The translations under genes were made by a program, and so were the position numbers. Source: Octopus sinensis (taxonomy: Eukaryota). Taken from it: a stretch of DNA of 64,000 bases. The stretch is from NCBI RefSeq assembly GCF_006345805.1, contig NC_043008.1:75888001-75952000 (forward strand), read 5' to 3'. Under the pieces are notes generated by a model. It searched no databases. It saw only the letters and a list, made by a program, of their open reading frames with translations, and was not told the DNA's origin. Shown here piece after piece: positions 1-12,210 of this stretch; the first letter of the stretch is position 1; the number at the start of each line of letters is the position of its first letter.

Positions 1-290
<290 letters not shown>

Positions 291-295
291 ACTTC

Positions 296-430
296 TGGGG
301 TGAGCTAGCAGAAATTAGTGGCACTTCGTGTGCCTTTACGTTCTGAGTTCAAATTCCGCCAAAGTCGACTTTGCATTTCGTCTTTCGGGTTCGGCATCTT
401 GAGTACTAGCGTCATGGTAATCGACTTACC
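296..430 (+). mobile_element. tRNA-derived SINE family 1, decayed fragment (second copy ~1664-1800)
   Basis: B-box-like gttcaaattcc, and similarity to the full copy at 28125-28359. Confidence 0.7.
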
Positions 431-956
431 CACTCCCACGGCTTCTCCTTCACTACACATTCTTCATTTAAACTAGATTGCTTCCTTATCTATGTTGTTG
501 CTGACGTATCTTGTTCTGATTGACTGATCCCGCGCAGTTAGAATCGGGCCCGCATTCTCTTTATTACCAGACCCTGCCTAAATCACTGAGATGGTTTCTG
601 ATTATGATATTTTTTTCCTTGAACACGACTTTCCGCGTAAACTCTACAGTTTGTATTGTTGCCTTGTAGCCCGGAAATCTTTATTTATTCATTCTTCTTT
701 AGTTAACATATTCTTCTGTCTTACACATAAGTAACTTGTCGTTGTCAGTATTTCATTAATATCTTTACTTCTACTTCCAAACAAATTTCTATAGCTATCA
801 ATCTTCCTCCAACCTTTGTATATAAATCCATTCTGTTTACATCTGCCAGTGGATGTAAGGCCCTGTAGATTGTCAGCAATTTCCTTGTTTTTCGATCTAC
901 GTTCTCAAAGCCTTCCTTTGTTCATTTCATTATTCAAACGTTGTACCTAATGATGT

Positions 957-1285
957 GAAGTGCATGGCTTAGGGATTAAAGCGTCAGGCTCACAATTATG
1001 AGGCAGTGAGTTCGATTCTCAGACAGGGCAGTGTGTATTGTTCTTGAGCAAGACACTTATTTAACGTTGCTTCAGTCCACTCAGCTGTAGAAATAAGTTG
1101 TGATGTCACTGGTGCCAAGCTGTATCGACCTTTGCCTTTCCCTTCGATTATAGTGGTGGCGTGGAGAGGGGGAGACTGGTTTTATGGGTGACTATTGTCA
1201 TCCATAAACAACCATGCTTGGAACTGTGCCTCGAAGGGTAACTTTCTAGTAGCAATCTGATGGTCTTGATGACCGAGGGGATCTT
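957..1285 (+). mobile_element. tRNA-derived CORE-like SINE family 3 (second copy ~2327-2657)
   Basis: tRNA-like head with gagttcgattc, then the CORE-like cttgagcaagacacttatttaacgttgcttcagtccactcagctgtagaaat. Confidence 0.7.
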
Positions 1286-1560
1286 AAATTACTTAACGAT
1301 GTGTATTGCTTTTCAGTTTGTAACAGTGGTTGTATTATGCCACTGAATATGTATTTTAGTGCTTTTTAAAAAAAATATTCTTTCTGGATTTAAATTTTCG
1401 TTATTTTATTCTGTATATCTCCAGTTTCCAAAATTCCTACATTTGTATCAACTACAATATCTCCTTATTCTGCACATTTATTGTTTCAGTTTTGGTATTT
1501 CTTTTTTCTATCGTACGAATTTCATCATCTAGACCTTCTCCTATTCCACACTGTTATTGC

Positions 1561-1622
<62 letters not shown>

Positions 1623-2937
1623 TGATAATAATAATAATGATGATGATGATGATGATGACTTTCTGGGGTGAGCTAGCAGAAATTAGTGGCACTTCGTGTG
1701 CCTTTACGTTCTGAGTTCAAATTCCGCCAAAGTCGACTTTGCATTTCGTCTTTCCGGGTTCGGCATCTTGAGTACTAGCGTCATGGTAATCGACTTACCC
1801 ACTCCCACGGCTTCTCCTTCACTACACATTCTTCATTTAAACTAGATTGCTTCCTTATCTATGTTGTTGCTGACGTATCTTGTTCTGATTGACTGATCCC
1901 GCGCAGTTAGAATCGGGCCCGCATTCTCTTTATTACCAGACCCTGCCTAAATCACTGAGATGGTTTCTGATTATGATATTTTTTTCCTTGAACACGACTT
2001 TCCGCGTAAACTCTACAGTTTGTATTGTTGCCTTGTAGCCCGGAAATCTTTATTTATTCATTCTTTCTTTAGTTAACATATTCTTCTGTCTTACACATAA
2101 GTAACTTGTCGTTGTCAGTATTTCATTAATATCTTTACTTCTACTTCCAAACAAATTTCTATAGCTATCAATCTTCCTCCAACCTTTGTATATAAATCCA
2201 TTCTGTTTACATCTGCCAGTGGATGTAAGGCCCTGTAGATTGTCAGCAATTTCCTTGTTTTTCGATCTACGTTCTCAAAGCCTTCCTTTGTTCATTTCAT
2301 TATTCAAACGTTGTACCTAATGATGTGAAGTGCATGGCTTAGGGATTAAAGCGTCAGGCTCACAATTATGAGGCAGTGAGTTCGATTCTCAGACAGGGCA
2401 GTGTGTATTGTTCTTGAGCAAGACACTTATTTAACGTTGCTTCAGTCCACTCAGCTGTAGAAATAAGTTGTGATGTCACTGGTGCCAAGCTGTATCGACC
2501 TTTGCCTTTCCCTTCGATTATAGTGGTGGCGTGGAGAGGGGGAGACTGGTTTTATGGGTGACTATTGTCATCCATAAACAACCATGCTTGGAACTGTGCC
2601 TCGAAGGGTAACTTTCTAGTAGCAATCTGATGGTCATTGATGACCGAAGGGGATCTTAAATTACTTAACGATGTGTATTGCTTTTCAGTTTGTAACAGTG
2701 GTTGTATTATGCCACTGAATATGTATTTTAGTGCTTTTTAAAAAAAAATATTCTTTCTGGATTTAAATTTTCGTTATTTTATTCTGTATATCTCCAGTTT
2801 CCAAAATTCCTACATTTGTATCAACTACAATATCTTCTTATTCTGCACATTTATTGTTTCAGTTTTGGTATTTCTTTTTTCTATCGTACGAATTTCATCA
2901 TCTAGACCTTCTCCTATTCCACACTGTTATTGCTATA

Positions 2938-3008
<71 letters not shown>

Positions 3009-3029
3009 GTAAATGTTATTATTATTATT

Positions 3030-3565
3030 GAGTGAGAGAGCAGTGCATGCCATCAAAGTGACACTGGGGTAAAATATACGAAGCCCAGTATGCCCATCAT
3101 GACTACCCGTCTGATAAGGGTACACTAGGCACATGCATCACAACCATATGTGCGCGACATAGTGATCTCATATGAAGATAAACAGCACATGACCTAACAG
3201 GTGGGGTCGAGTTAGAATTTTCTTCAGGTTGAGTAACCCATCCCACTCGAAAGGGCCCTGAATAAGGGTTGTTTAAGGATGTTGAACGAAACACCCATGT
3301 TTCCAGAGGTGAATTATTCAAACCCCAAAGAATCCCTCTCAACACATGGCTATGATGCTCCCCCACTACTTCTGCTCGTGATCAGAGATGCACATATCGT
3401 CAGCCACCAAGGGACATGCTCAACTGTTTAGGGTCAAACAACTGACAAGCAAATCTGTGGTATTGAGCAGAATGTTTGCTGTAGCCCATCTTTTATATCA
3501 AGACAAAACAATGTACATGATAACACAACCAATCAGTTAAGATCAGAAGCCATGAGAGCCACTGC
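3030..3565 (-). mobile_element. Element A copy, lacking ~20 nt at one end
   Basis: High identity to 4029-4586; (TTA)n on both sides; no ORF. Strand is inferred from the (AAT)n polarity. Confidence 0.85.
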
Positions 3566-3579
3566 TTATTATTATTATT

Positions 3580-3956
3580 CTTCAGTAGTTTTATTTTTAT
3601 AGCGTGCTTTCACTTCACTACCGAGCGCAGCTCTGTGTGCCTTGGGTATGTGCTGTGATTTGTTGTGATACTCTGATGGTTATTGTATGGAAAGTGTTCT
3701 GCGTAGGATGTGTGCAGTGCCTAGTAGTGCAATTTTCTGTATGTTATATGTGTTTGTAAGTCCTGGTGTTTTTTTTATGTATTTGTCTGAATATTTTTTT
3801 ATCATGCCTAATGCACCTACTATGATAGTTATTGTTTCTGTTTTCAGATTCCACATTCTAGTTACCTCTATTTCCAGGTCTTTGTATTTTGAGAGTTTCT
3901 CCATTTCTTTTAGAGACGCGTTGTCATCTGCCGGTATTGATACGTCAATTAGAAAG
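3580..3956 (-). mobile_element. 3' fragment of an RLE-type (R4/Dong-like) LINE: endonuclease C-terminus plus 3' UTR
   Basis: FLIDVSIPADDN..EKLSKYKDLEIEVTRMW..VGALG..LLGTAHILRRTL, followed by an (AAT)n tail. Confidence 0.85.
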
Positions 3957-4028
3957 TATTTTTTAATTTTTTTATTTATTATTACTATTATTATTATTAC
4001 TATTATTATTATTATTATTATTATTATT

Positions 4029-4582
4029 GAGTGAGAGAGCAGTTCATGCCATCAAAGTGACACTGGGGTAAAATATACGAAGCCCAATATACCCATCATG
4101 ACTACCCGTCTGATAAAGGTACACCAGGCACATGCATCACAACCATATGTGCGCGACATGGTGATCTCATATCAAGATAAACAGCACATGACCTTGCAGG
4201 TGGGGCCCAGTTAGAATTTTCTTCAGGTTGAGTAGCCCATCCCGCTCAAACGGTCCCTGAATAAGGGTTGTTTAAGGATGTTGAAAGAACCACCCATGTT
4301 TCCAGAGGTGAACTATTCAAACCCCAAAGAATCCCTCTCAACACATGGCTATGATGCTCCCCCACTACTTCTGCTCGTGATCAGAGATGCACATATCGTC
4401 AGCCACTAAGGGGCATGCTCAACTGGTGAAGGTCAAACAACTGACAAGCAAATCTGTGGTATTGAGCAGAATATTTGCTGTAGCTCATCTTTTATACCAA
4501 GACAAAACAATGTACATGATAACACTTCCAATCAGTTAAGATCAGAAGCCATGAGAACCACTGCCTGGTACTGCATCAGGGC

Positions 4583-4586
<4 letters not shown>
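4029..4586 (-). mobile_element. Element A, apparently full-length copy
   Basis: Runs gagtgagagagc...catcagggcattt and is bounded by (TTA)n on both sides. Confidence 0.85.
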
Positions 4587-4637
<51 letters not shown>

Positions 4638-5192
4638 GAATGAGAGAGCAGTGCATGCCTTCAAAGTGACACTAGAGTAAAGTGCACGAAACCAAGTATA
4701 TATACGATGACTACCTGTCTGATAAGATTACACAAGGCACTTGAATCTCAACAAAATGTGCACCACATGTTGAGCTCATATCAAGATTAACAGCGCTTAA
4801 TATTGCATGTGAGACCCATTTAGAGTCCACTTCAGGTCGAGTAACCCATCCACTCAAAAGCTCCTTTTATAGAGGTTGTTTAAGGATGTCGAACGAAACA
4901 CTCATGCTTCAAAAGATAAATTAATCAGACACAAAATAATTCCTCTCAACACATAGCTATGATGCTCCCTCGCTACTTCTACTCATGATCAGAGACATAC
5001 ATATCGTCAGCCATCAAGGAACATGATCAACTGGTTAACATAAAGCAACTGACAAGCAATCCTGTGGTACTGGACAGAATATTTCCCGTAGCCCACATTC
5101 CATACCAAACAAAACATGAACATGATAGCACTTCCAATCAGTTAAGATTACAGAACAAGATGACCAATGCCTGGCACTGCATCAAAGCGTTT
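4638..5192 (-). mobile_element. Element A, older diverged copy
   Basis: Collinear with 4029-4586 but with many substitutions. Confidence 0.8.
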
Positions 5193-5355
5193 CTTCTTCT
5201 TCTTCTTCTTCTCTTCTTCTTCTTCTTCTTCTTCTTCTTCTTCTTCTTCTTCTTCTTCTTCTTCTCTTCTTCTTCTTCTTCTTCTCCTTTTTCTTCTTCT
5301 TCTTCTTCTTCTCCTACTTCTTCTTATTATTATTATCATTATCATCATCACCATT

Positions 5356-5387
<32 letters not shown>

Positions 5388-5418
5388 CATCATCCTCCTT
5401 CTCCTCCTCCTCCTCATC

Positions 5419-5459
<41 letters not shown>

Positions 5460-5510
5460 CATCATCATCATCATCATCATCATCAGTATCATTATCATTA
5501 TTATTATTAT

Positions 5511-5561
<51 letters not shown>

Positions 5562-5569
5562 CATTATTT
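5193..5569. repeat. Compound trinucleotide microsatellite (TTC/TTA/CAT/CCT)
   Basis: Seen directly; explains the low-complexity ORFs at 5064-5691. Confidence 0.95.
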
Positions 5570-6257
5570 TATGTGTGACAATTGTTTTGCATTTGTACAA
5601 GTTAACTCCATGTCTCACCTCAAGAAAACACAAGTTAGAAATTACTGTCGGTGTTAAGCCTAGGTTGCCATATATTTGGTTTTGTACATAGTGTTGTTCT
5701 AGAGAATGTTTAAGAAACCATAAGAAAATTATGTATTTGCTTTAAAATTTGAGATTGCATAGGCAGTATTTTACGTAGGATATGGGCAGTTCCCATGAGC
5801 ACAATCTTTTTAATTTCTGCCATTTGGGGGCTTCCTGGTATCTGAGCTAGGTAGCAATCAGCCCCCTTTTCAATGATTCCTAAGGCACCTATGACATGTA
5901 TTGTTTTAGTATTCAGGTTCCACATTTTGCTCAGTGTTTGGTAGGTCTTGACAGATACGTTTATATCGATTGGTATAGTCATATCAATGAGGAGGCAGGA
6001 TTTTGTCTGCAATCTTTCAATATGATGTCTGGCATATTTGCATTTATCTTTCTGTCAGTTTGTATGGTGAAATTCCAGAGGAGTGAGATGTGATCATTTT
6101 CAAGGACTAGGGGTGGTTTGGGTTCTCACAAGGTTTTATCATGGGGCAAGTCCAGGCTTTTGCAAATTACGCTGTGAATATATTGTGCAGCTCCATCATG
6201 CCTGTTGAAATACTCTGTAGGCGCAAGAAGACTGCACATGGAGACAACACGATCAAG
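5570..6257 (-). mobile_element. 3' fragment of an R4/Dong-like LINE, same family as 20631-22509, decayed
   Basis: LLIDMTIPIDINVSVKTYQ..VLMGTAHILRKIL; 3' UTR collinear with 22290-22509. Confidence 0.85.
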
Positions 6258-6532
6258 GAAGCACGAAACATTTCTAGCAACAATCAACTGTGCCAGGAAT
6301 ATATCACCACCACCACCACCACAGAAATGGGTACAATTTCGAACAACGAAAGAGAAGTTTTACGTAGAAATGACGTTTACTCCGCAAAAGTTAGAAATAA
6401 GTTTTAAATTATTTCGTTAAAGGATAAGGAAAAGCATTTAAAGAAGATTGTAAGATGTGAGAAAAAGAAGGCCTCACTAAATGCGTCTCAGAACCTGTTA
6501 GCGGAAACCGAAAAAAGAAGAAGCATGTACAG

Positions 6533-6967
6533 ATGTGCGCGACATGGTGATCTCATATCAAGATAAACAGCGCATGACCTTGCAGGTGGGGCCCAGTTAG
6601 AATTTTCTTCAGGTCGAGTAACCCATCCTGCTCAAAAGGTCCCTGAGTAAGGGTTGTTTAAGGATGTTGAACGAAACACCCATGTTTCCAGAGGTGAATT
6701 ATTCAAACCCCAAAGAATCCCTCTCAATACACGGCTATGATGCTCCCCCACTACTTCTGCTCATGATCAGAGATGCACATATCGTTAGCCGGACATGGTC
6801 AACTGGTTAAGGTCAAACAACTGACAAGCAAATCTGTGGTATTGAGCAGAATGTTTGCTGTTAGCCCATCTTTTATACCAAGACAAAACAATGTACATGA
6901 TAACACTTCCAATCAGTTAAGATCAGAAGCCATGAGAGCCACTGCCTGGTACTGCATCAGAGCATTT
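6533..6967 (-). mobile_element. Element A, truncated copy
   Basis: Collinear with 4150-4586; (TTA)n on the right. Confidence 0.85.
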
Positions 6968-6981
6968 ATTATTATTATTAT

Positions 6982-7660
6982 TAAGGCGCCAAAGTGGCAG
7001 AATTGGTAGCACACCAGACAATGTGCTTAGCTCCTTTCCTCCCATCTTTACGCTCTGTTTTCAAATTCCACCGCAGTCGATTTTACCTTTCATCTCTTTC
7101 GCGGTTGATAAAATAAGTTCTAGTCGAGCCCTGGTGTGGGCTAAATCGACTTACACCTTGCTGGCCTTGTGCTAAGATTTTAAACCAATATTTTAATTAT
7201 TAAGGTGGTGAGGTTGCAGAATCGTTAGCGTGTCAGACAAATTGTTTTATAGCTTCCGACTCATTATTTTCGGCGCTATAATTCATCCGAGATTGACTTT
7301 GTCTTTCTTCCTTCCGGTGTTAATAAAATAGATTCATTATATATATCACTGGGGTAGATATATATATAACTGACGAATCACCATTCTCGGAAATTCTGAC
7401 TTTATGCCAAAATTGGAAGCCATTTTTATTATTAACCATAAGGTAGTGAGTATACAGAATCATTAGTACCTCGGTCAAAATGCGGAGCGGCATTCTTTTA
7501 GCTTTACTTTCTGATTTTAAATAACACCAACATCAACTTTCTCTTGCAACTTTATGAGATTGACAAAATAAAGCATCGGTCACGTATTGGAGTCGCTGGT
7601 ATTGACAAATCTACTCTCAATAAACTTGCTTACCTTGTGCCAAAATTTGAAATCAGTTGA
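6982..7660 (+). mobile_element. Three head-to-tail decayed SINE family 1 copies
   Basis: Repeated heads (gcagaattggtagc / gcagaatcgttagc / acagaatcattagt) and tails (ttgtgctaagatttt / ttatgccaaaattgg / ttgtgccaaaatttg) at ~220-bp spacing. Confidence 0.65.
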
Positions 7661-8635
7661 GCCATACAACCCAAATTCAATTATGTTTATACACCTCAAG
7701 ACCCAACTTAGGTTTTTATTAGACATGGATTTACTAAACAGAATATTTTTATCTTGTAAAATATTCTGTGAATCTGTTCTGATTGAGAAGTGTAAACAAT
7801 CTCAGCAATAAATATGTAAAATATGTGTCAGAGAGCAATAATAAAATTACTCAAAACAAAAATATCTAAAAATAAGTGACATCTAAGTTTCTCTGTGACT
7901 ATTTTGGCGTGAAACTTTCAGAATACGTTCAGTAAAAACTTCGAAACGAAGGAAATGTTGGAAACTATTTTTTGAACTATAAATTTTTCTTAAATCTTAA
8001 ACGTTGGTATTGCTAACTCTACAACATAAATCTAAATACACTTACACATTTCTTTACTGACACGAAAATCTCTCTGCGCAGAGATATATCAGTATCTATT
8101 TTTATATATTTTGTTCCTTTTATTTATCAACTTGCAATTTCAAGTGAAGTCAAGTATCTTAGTGGTTAGCATATTAAGCCTGGGATCATATTGCCGAGAG
8201 TTCAGTTCCTGGACGAGGCTTGCTTTGTGTCCTTGAGTAGGTACCTTCATGTCAAGGTGTCCCAAGTTTAAATAGCTAAAAATGAGTACTAGTGCAACCC
8301 CCTCTGCTGGAGAGATCTTATAATTCATGTAATGCAGGCTGAAAAATCGAAAATATGTGAGGATATCTATTTCTCCAGTACACTGGATAGTTGCCTATGA
8401 TACATGTTTCCAAATCATACTCGTTCTCGGATGACAGCAAACTGTTTAAATCCAAAGATATCTCTTTCAGCCATTTACCCAGTTAGGTAACGAATACCCA
8501 GTGACATAATATTCTGTCTACTGAATGAGCTCCCCACCTATATATTCTCTGAATCCATCAAAGTTCTCTTTTCCTTTATTTCCATTTCTTTTCCTTTTTA
8601 TTTCAATTTCTTTATCTTACAATACATATTCATAT

Positions 8636-8640
8636 ATGTA

Positions 8641-8724
<84 letters not shown>

Positions 8725-8725
8725 T

Positions 8726-8805
<80 letters not shown>
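8636..8805. repeat. (TA)n-(GA)n-(GATA)n compound microsatellite
   Basis: Seen directly. Confidence 0.95.
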
Positions 8806-8806
<1 letters not shown>

Positions 8807-8845
8807 TGCATCAAATGAAATCAAAAACAGAACACAAAGGATGTC

Positions 8846-8936
8846 GCGGTACACGTTTTTCAAGCTTTAAAAACGATCTATTCTTACATCATTGTATAAT
8901 CGACATAAAGGATGGTTTAAAGCTCTCTTCAGCCGC
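8846..8936 (-). ncRNA. Type I hammerhead ribozyme motif, left arm (stem III mutated)
   Basis: Minus strand reads GCGG-CTGAAGA-GAGCTTTAAA...TTTAAAGCTT-GAAA-AACGTG-TA-CCGC; stem I GCGG/CCGC is intact. Confidence 0.75.
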
Positions 8937-9111
8937 ATGCAATTGCTATACCAAAGATTTACATCACATTATGAAAAATCCGAAAGGTATAATTGGTATT
9001 ACAAACATACTTTCTCAGCGAGACTCGATATACCTACCATTATGGGTAATACCAAATGTACCCTTCGGAGTTTTCATAATGTGATGTAAATCTTTGGTAT
9101 AGCAATTGCAT

Positions 9112-9202
9112 GAGGCTGAAGAGAGCTTTAAACCATCCTTTATGTCGATTATACAATGATGTAAGAATAGATCGTTTATAAAGCTTGAAACACGTGTACC
9201 GC
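9112..9202 (+). ncRNA. Type I hammerhead ribozyme motif, right arm
   Basis: GAGG-CTGAAGA(9116-9122)-GAGCTTTA...TAAAGCTT-GAAA(9187-9190)-CACGTG-TA-CCGC; predicted cleavage after GUA at 9198; one mismatch in stem I. Confidence 0.8.
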
Positions 9203-9312
9203 GACATACTTTGTGTTCTGTTTTTGATTTCATTTGATACATTTACCCTCTCACCTCTGCTACAAGCTGGCGTATACAGGTGCTTACACTTATCAAGTAT
9301 TCACCCTAAATT

Positions 9313-9395
<83 letters not shown>

Positions 9396-9424
9396 CATAG
9401 ATATACATAGATATATGTGTGTAT

Positions 9425-9640
9425 GTGTGTGTATATGTTTGTGTGTCTGTGTTTGTCTCCTAAACGTCGCTTGACAACCGTTCCTGGTGTGTTTGCGTCC
9501 CCCGTGACATAGCGGTTCGGCAAAATTGACTGATAGAATAAGTACTAAACTCCAAAGAATAAGTAAATTTGCTCGGCTAAAGGCGGTGCCCTAGCATGGC
9601 CACCGTCAAGTGACTGAAACATGTAAAAGTATAAAAGAAT
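9425..9640 (+). mobile_element. SINE family 2, 3' half
   Basis: Similar to 14225-14455, including the ggcggtgccctagcatggcc...gactgaaac tail. Confidence 0.8.
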
Positions 9641-10523
9641 ATATATAATGTTTATGTATGTATACATATACATAGATACCTACATATGTATGTAGGTATC
9701 TATTGTATCAGTATCGAGTTTGCACTAAGTTTCACCTTTAGTTCGGCTGGTTAGAACAGCTAGCTAAGGATAAAACTCTGCGTTGACTGGTAACTATGAT
9801 ATAATAAATATATATATCTATCCATCCTAGATATATCGGTAGCAAAAGGAAAACTTCAAGAATTAAAAGCTTATATAGAAGAAAAAGAAGACCGCGGAAG
9901 CGGTGGAATAAGGAAATTGAAGAAAATAAATTGGAGTGGGCAAGTTATATATATATTTTTTAAATATTCCAATAAAATTTGATATAATATTATTAGCTGA
10001 CTCTCCCTCCTACTATGTTTCCTTTTCTTTACTTCCATCTTTTGTTCTTTAGCTTTTTGCTGGTCTGAACAATAATAAGATTCAATCTTCCAAATCCAGC
10101 AAAAGTACTCGAGCTGCAGTAAAAAGGAAGGCCGTTTAGATAGTCTTATGTCTAAGCCCTAACATCTATTAACTCCGTCGTCAATTACATCTATTAACTC
10201 CCCACTTCAGGTTTTCTTTTATCTACACATCAAAGATAGAAATAGAGAAACAGCGACCGTTTCAAATGTCATGTTACCTGAAGGCCAGGGATATGGTTGG
10301 TATTCAGAACTGATATATATATATATATATATTTTATCTCAGTAGATGACCACAGCATCTTGTTTTGGCTACACGCGGGTGGGAAGGGGCTGTTGACACA
10401 ATCGTTTCATTCACAAATTGAATTCGGTGATACCATTGCGGATTCTAGCTCGCTCTGATACTGAGTTGAGTTGGTGCCTTGGTATCTCAAAATTCAATAT
10501 ATAATCATTTATGATTATAGTAT

Positions 10524-10630
10524 TCTACGCTGAAGAGAAAGGAAGTTTCGGTAAGATAGAATTATTTAATATTTAATATTTAATTCTTATGCTTTCCTAA
10601 AAACTTGATTTCGAAACGTACGTCCGTGGA
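10524..10630 (+). ncRNA. Type I hammerhead ribozyme motif, unit 1
   Basis: TCTACG-CTGAAGA-G AAAGGAAGTTT...AAACTTGATTT C-GAAA-CGTACG-TC-CGTGGA; stem I has 6 bp (one G.U); predicted cleavage after GUC at 10624. Confidence 0.85.
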
Positions 10631-11118
10631 TAAATAAAAAAATGTATGATAGATTGCAGTCAATTCATTCTCTCTTACCTGTTTGTGTCTGCCTTCCAAA
10701 TGCTGTTTTTACTGAGATCCCTTTTTTTTAGAAGAAATAGCTATAACCCTTTGACTGCTATTCTAAATTCGGTATGTGGTAAGGCAACTCGTTGCTAAAC
10801 CCTTATTGCTTAGTATTACTTAAATTTTCCTCGAATGAGGCTTTTACATGCCGAAGACTACTTGGTGTAATTGATAATTTTTCCAAATAATTAATTTCAC
10901 CCTTCATTATTACGGATAACCATATTTTATCTCAGTAGATGACCACAGCATCTTGTTTTGGCTACACGCGGGTGGGAAGGGGCTGTTGACACAATCGTTT
11001 CATTCACAAATTGAATTCGGTGATACCAGTTGCGGATTCTAGCTCGCTCTGATACTGAGTTGAGTTGGTGCCTTCTGGTATCTCAAAATTCAATATATAT
11101 CATTTATGATTATAGTAT

Positions 11119-11224
11119 TCTACGCTGAAGAGAAAGGAAGTTTCGGTAAGATAGAATTATTTAATATTTATATTTAATTCTTATGCTTTCCTAAAAACTT
11201 GATTTCGAAACGTACGTCCGTGGA
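11119..11224 (+). ncRNA. Type I hammerhead ribozyme motif, unit 2
   Basis: Same motif with all core nucleotides intact; predicted cleavage after 11218. Confidence 0.85.
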
Positions 11225-11711
11225 TAACTAAAAAAATGTATGATAGATTGCAGTCAATTCATTCTCTCTTACCTGTTTGTGTCTGCCTTCCAAATGCTGT
11301 TTTTACTGAGATCTCCCTTTTTAGTAGAAGAAATAGCTATAACCCTTTGACTGCTATTTCTAAATTCGGTATGTGGTAGGCAACTCGTTGCTAAACCCTT
11401 ATTGCTTAGTATTACTTAAATTTTCCTCGAATGAGGCTTTTACATGCCGAAGACTACTGGTGTAATTGATAATTTTTCCAAATAATTAATTTCACCCTTC
11501 ATTATTACGGATAACCATATTTTATCTCAGTAGATGACCACAGCATCTTGTTTTGGCTACACGCGGGTGGGAAGGGGCTGTTGACACAATCGTTTCATTC
11601 ACAAATTGAATCGGTGATACCAGTTGCGGATTCTAGTCGCTCTGATACTGAGTTGAGTGGTGCCTTCTGGTATCTCAAAATTCAATATATAATCATTTAT
11701 GATTATAGTAT

Positions 11712-11815
11712 TCTACGCTGAAGAGAAAGGAAGTTTCGGTAAGAAGAATTATTTAATATTTAATATTTATTCTTATGCTTCCTAAAAACTTGATTTCGAA
11801 ACGTACGTCCGTGGA
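11712..11815 (+). ncRNA. Type I hammerhead ribozyme motif, unit 3
   Basis: Same motif with all core nucleotides intact; predicted cleavage after 11809. Confidence 0.85.
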
Positions 11816-12001
11816 TAACTAAAAAAATGTATGATAGATTGCAGTCAATTCATTCTCTCTTACCTGTTGTGTCTGCCTTCCAAATGCTGTTTTACTGAGA
11901 TCTCCCTTTTTAGTAGAAGAAGAAACAGCTATAACCCTTTGACTGCTATTTCTAAATTCGGTATGTGGTAAGGCAACTCGTTGCTAAACCCTTATTGCTT
12001 A

Positions 12002-12210
<209 letters not shown>

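Larger units (their letters stand above)
8806..9242. repeat. 437-bp inverted repeat: 197-bp arms (8806-9002, 9046-9242) with a 43-bp spacer; each arm carries an HHR motif
   Basis: The arms are reverse complements with about 9 mismatches by eye; the ORF track shows mirror peptides on opposite strands. Confidence 0.95.

Noticed and set aside
1255-1285. CTGAT-GGTCA ttga TGACC-GAAG hairpin resembling an HHR (clearer at ~2627-2650)
   Set aside because: The core lacks G8/A9, has GAAG instead of GAAA and has no stem I or III; it is better explained as the SINE 3' stem-loop.
3380-3410. CTGACGA and CTGAAGA heptamers inside element A (minus strand)
   Set aside because: No properly spaced GAAA or helices, so no ribozyme is claimed for element A.
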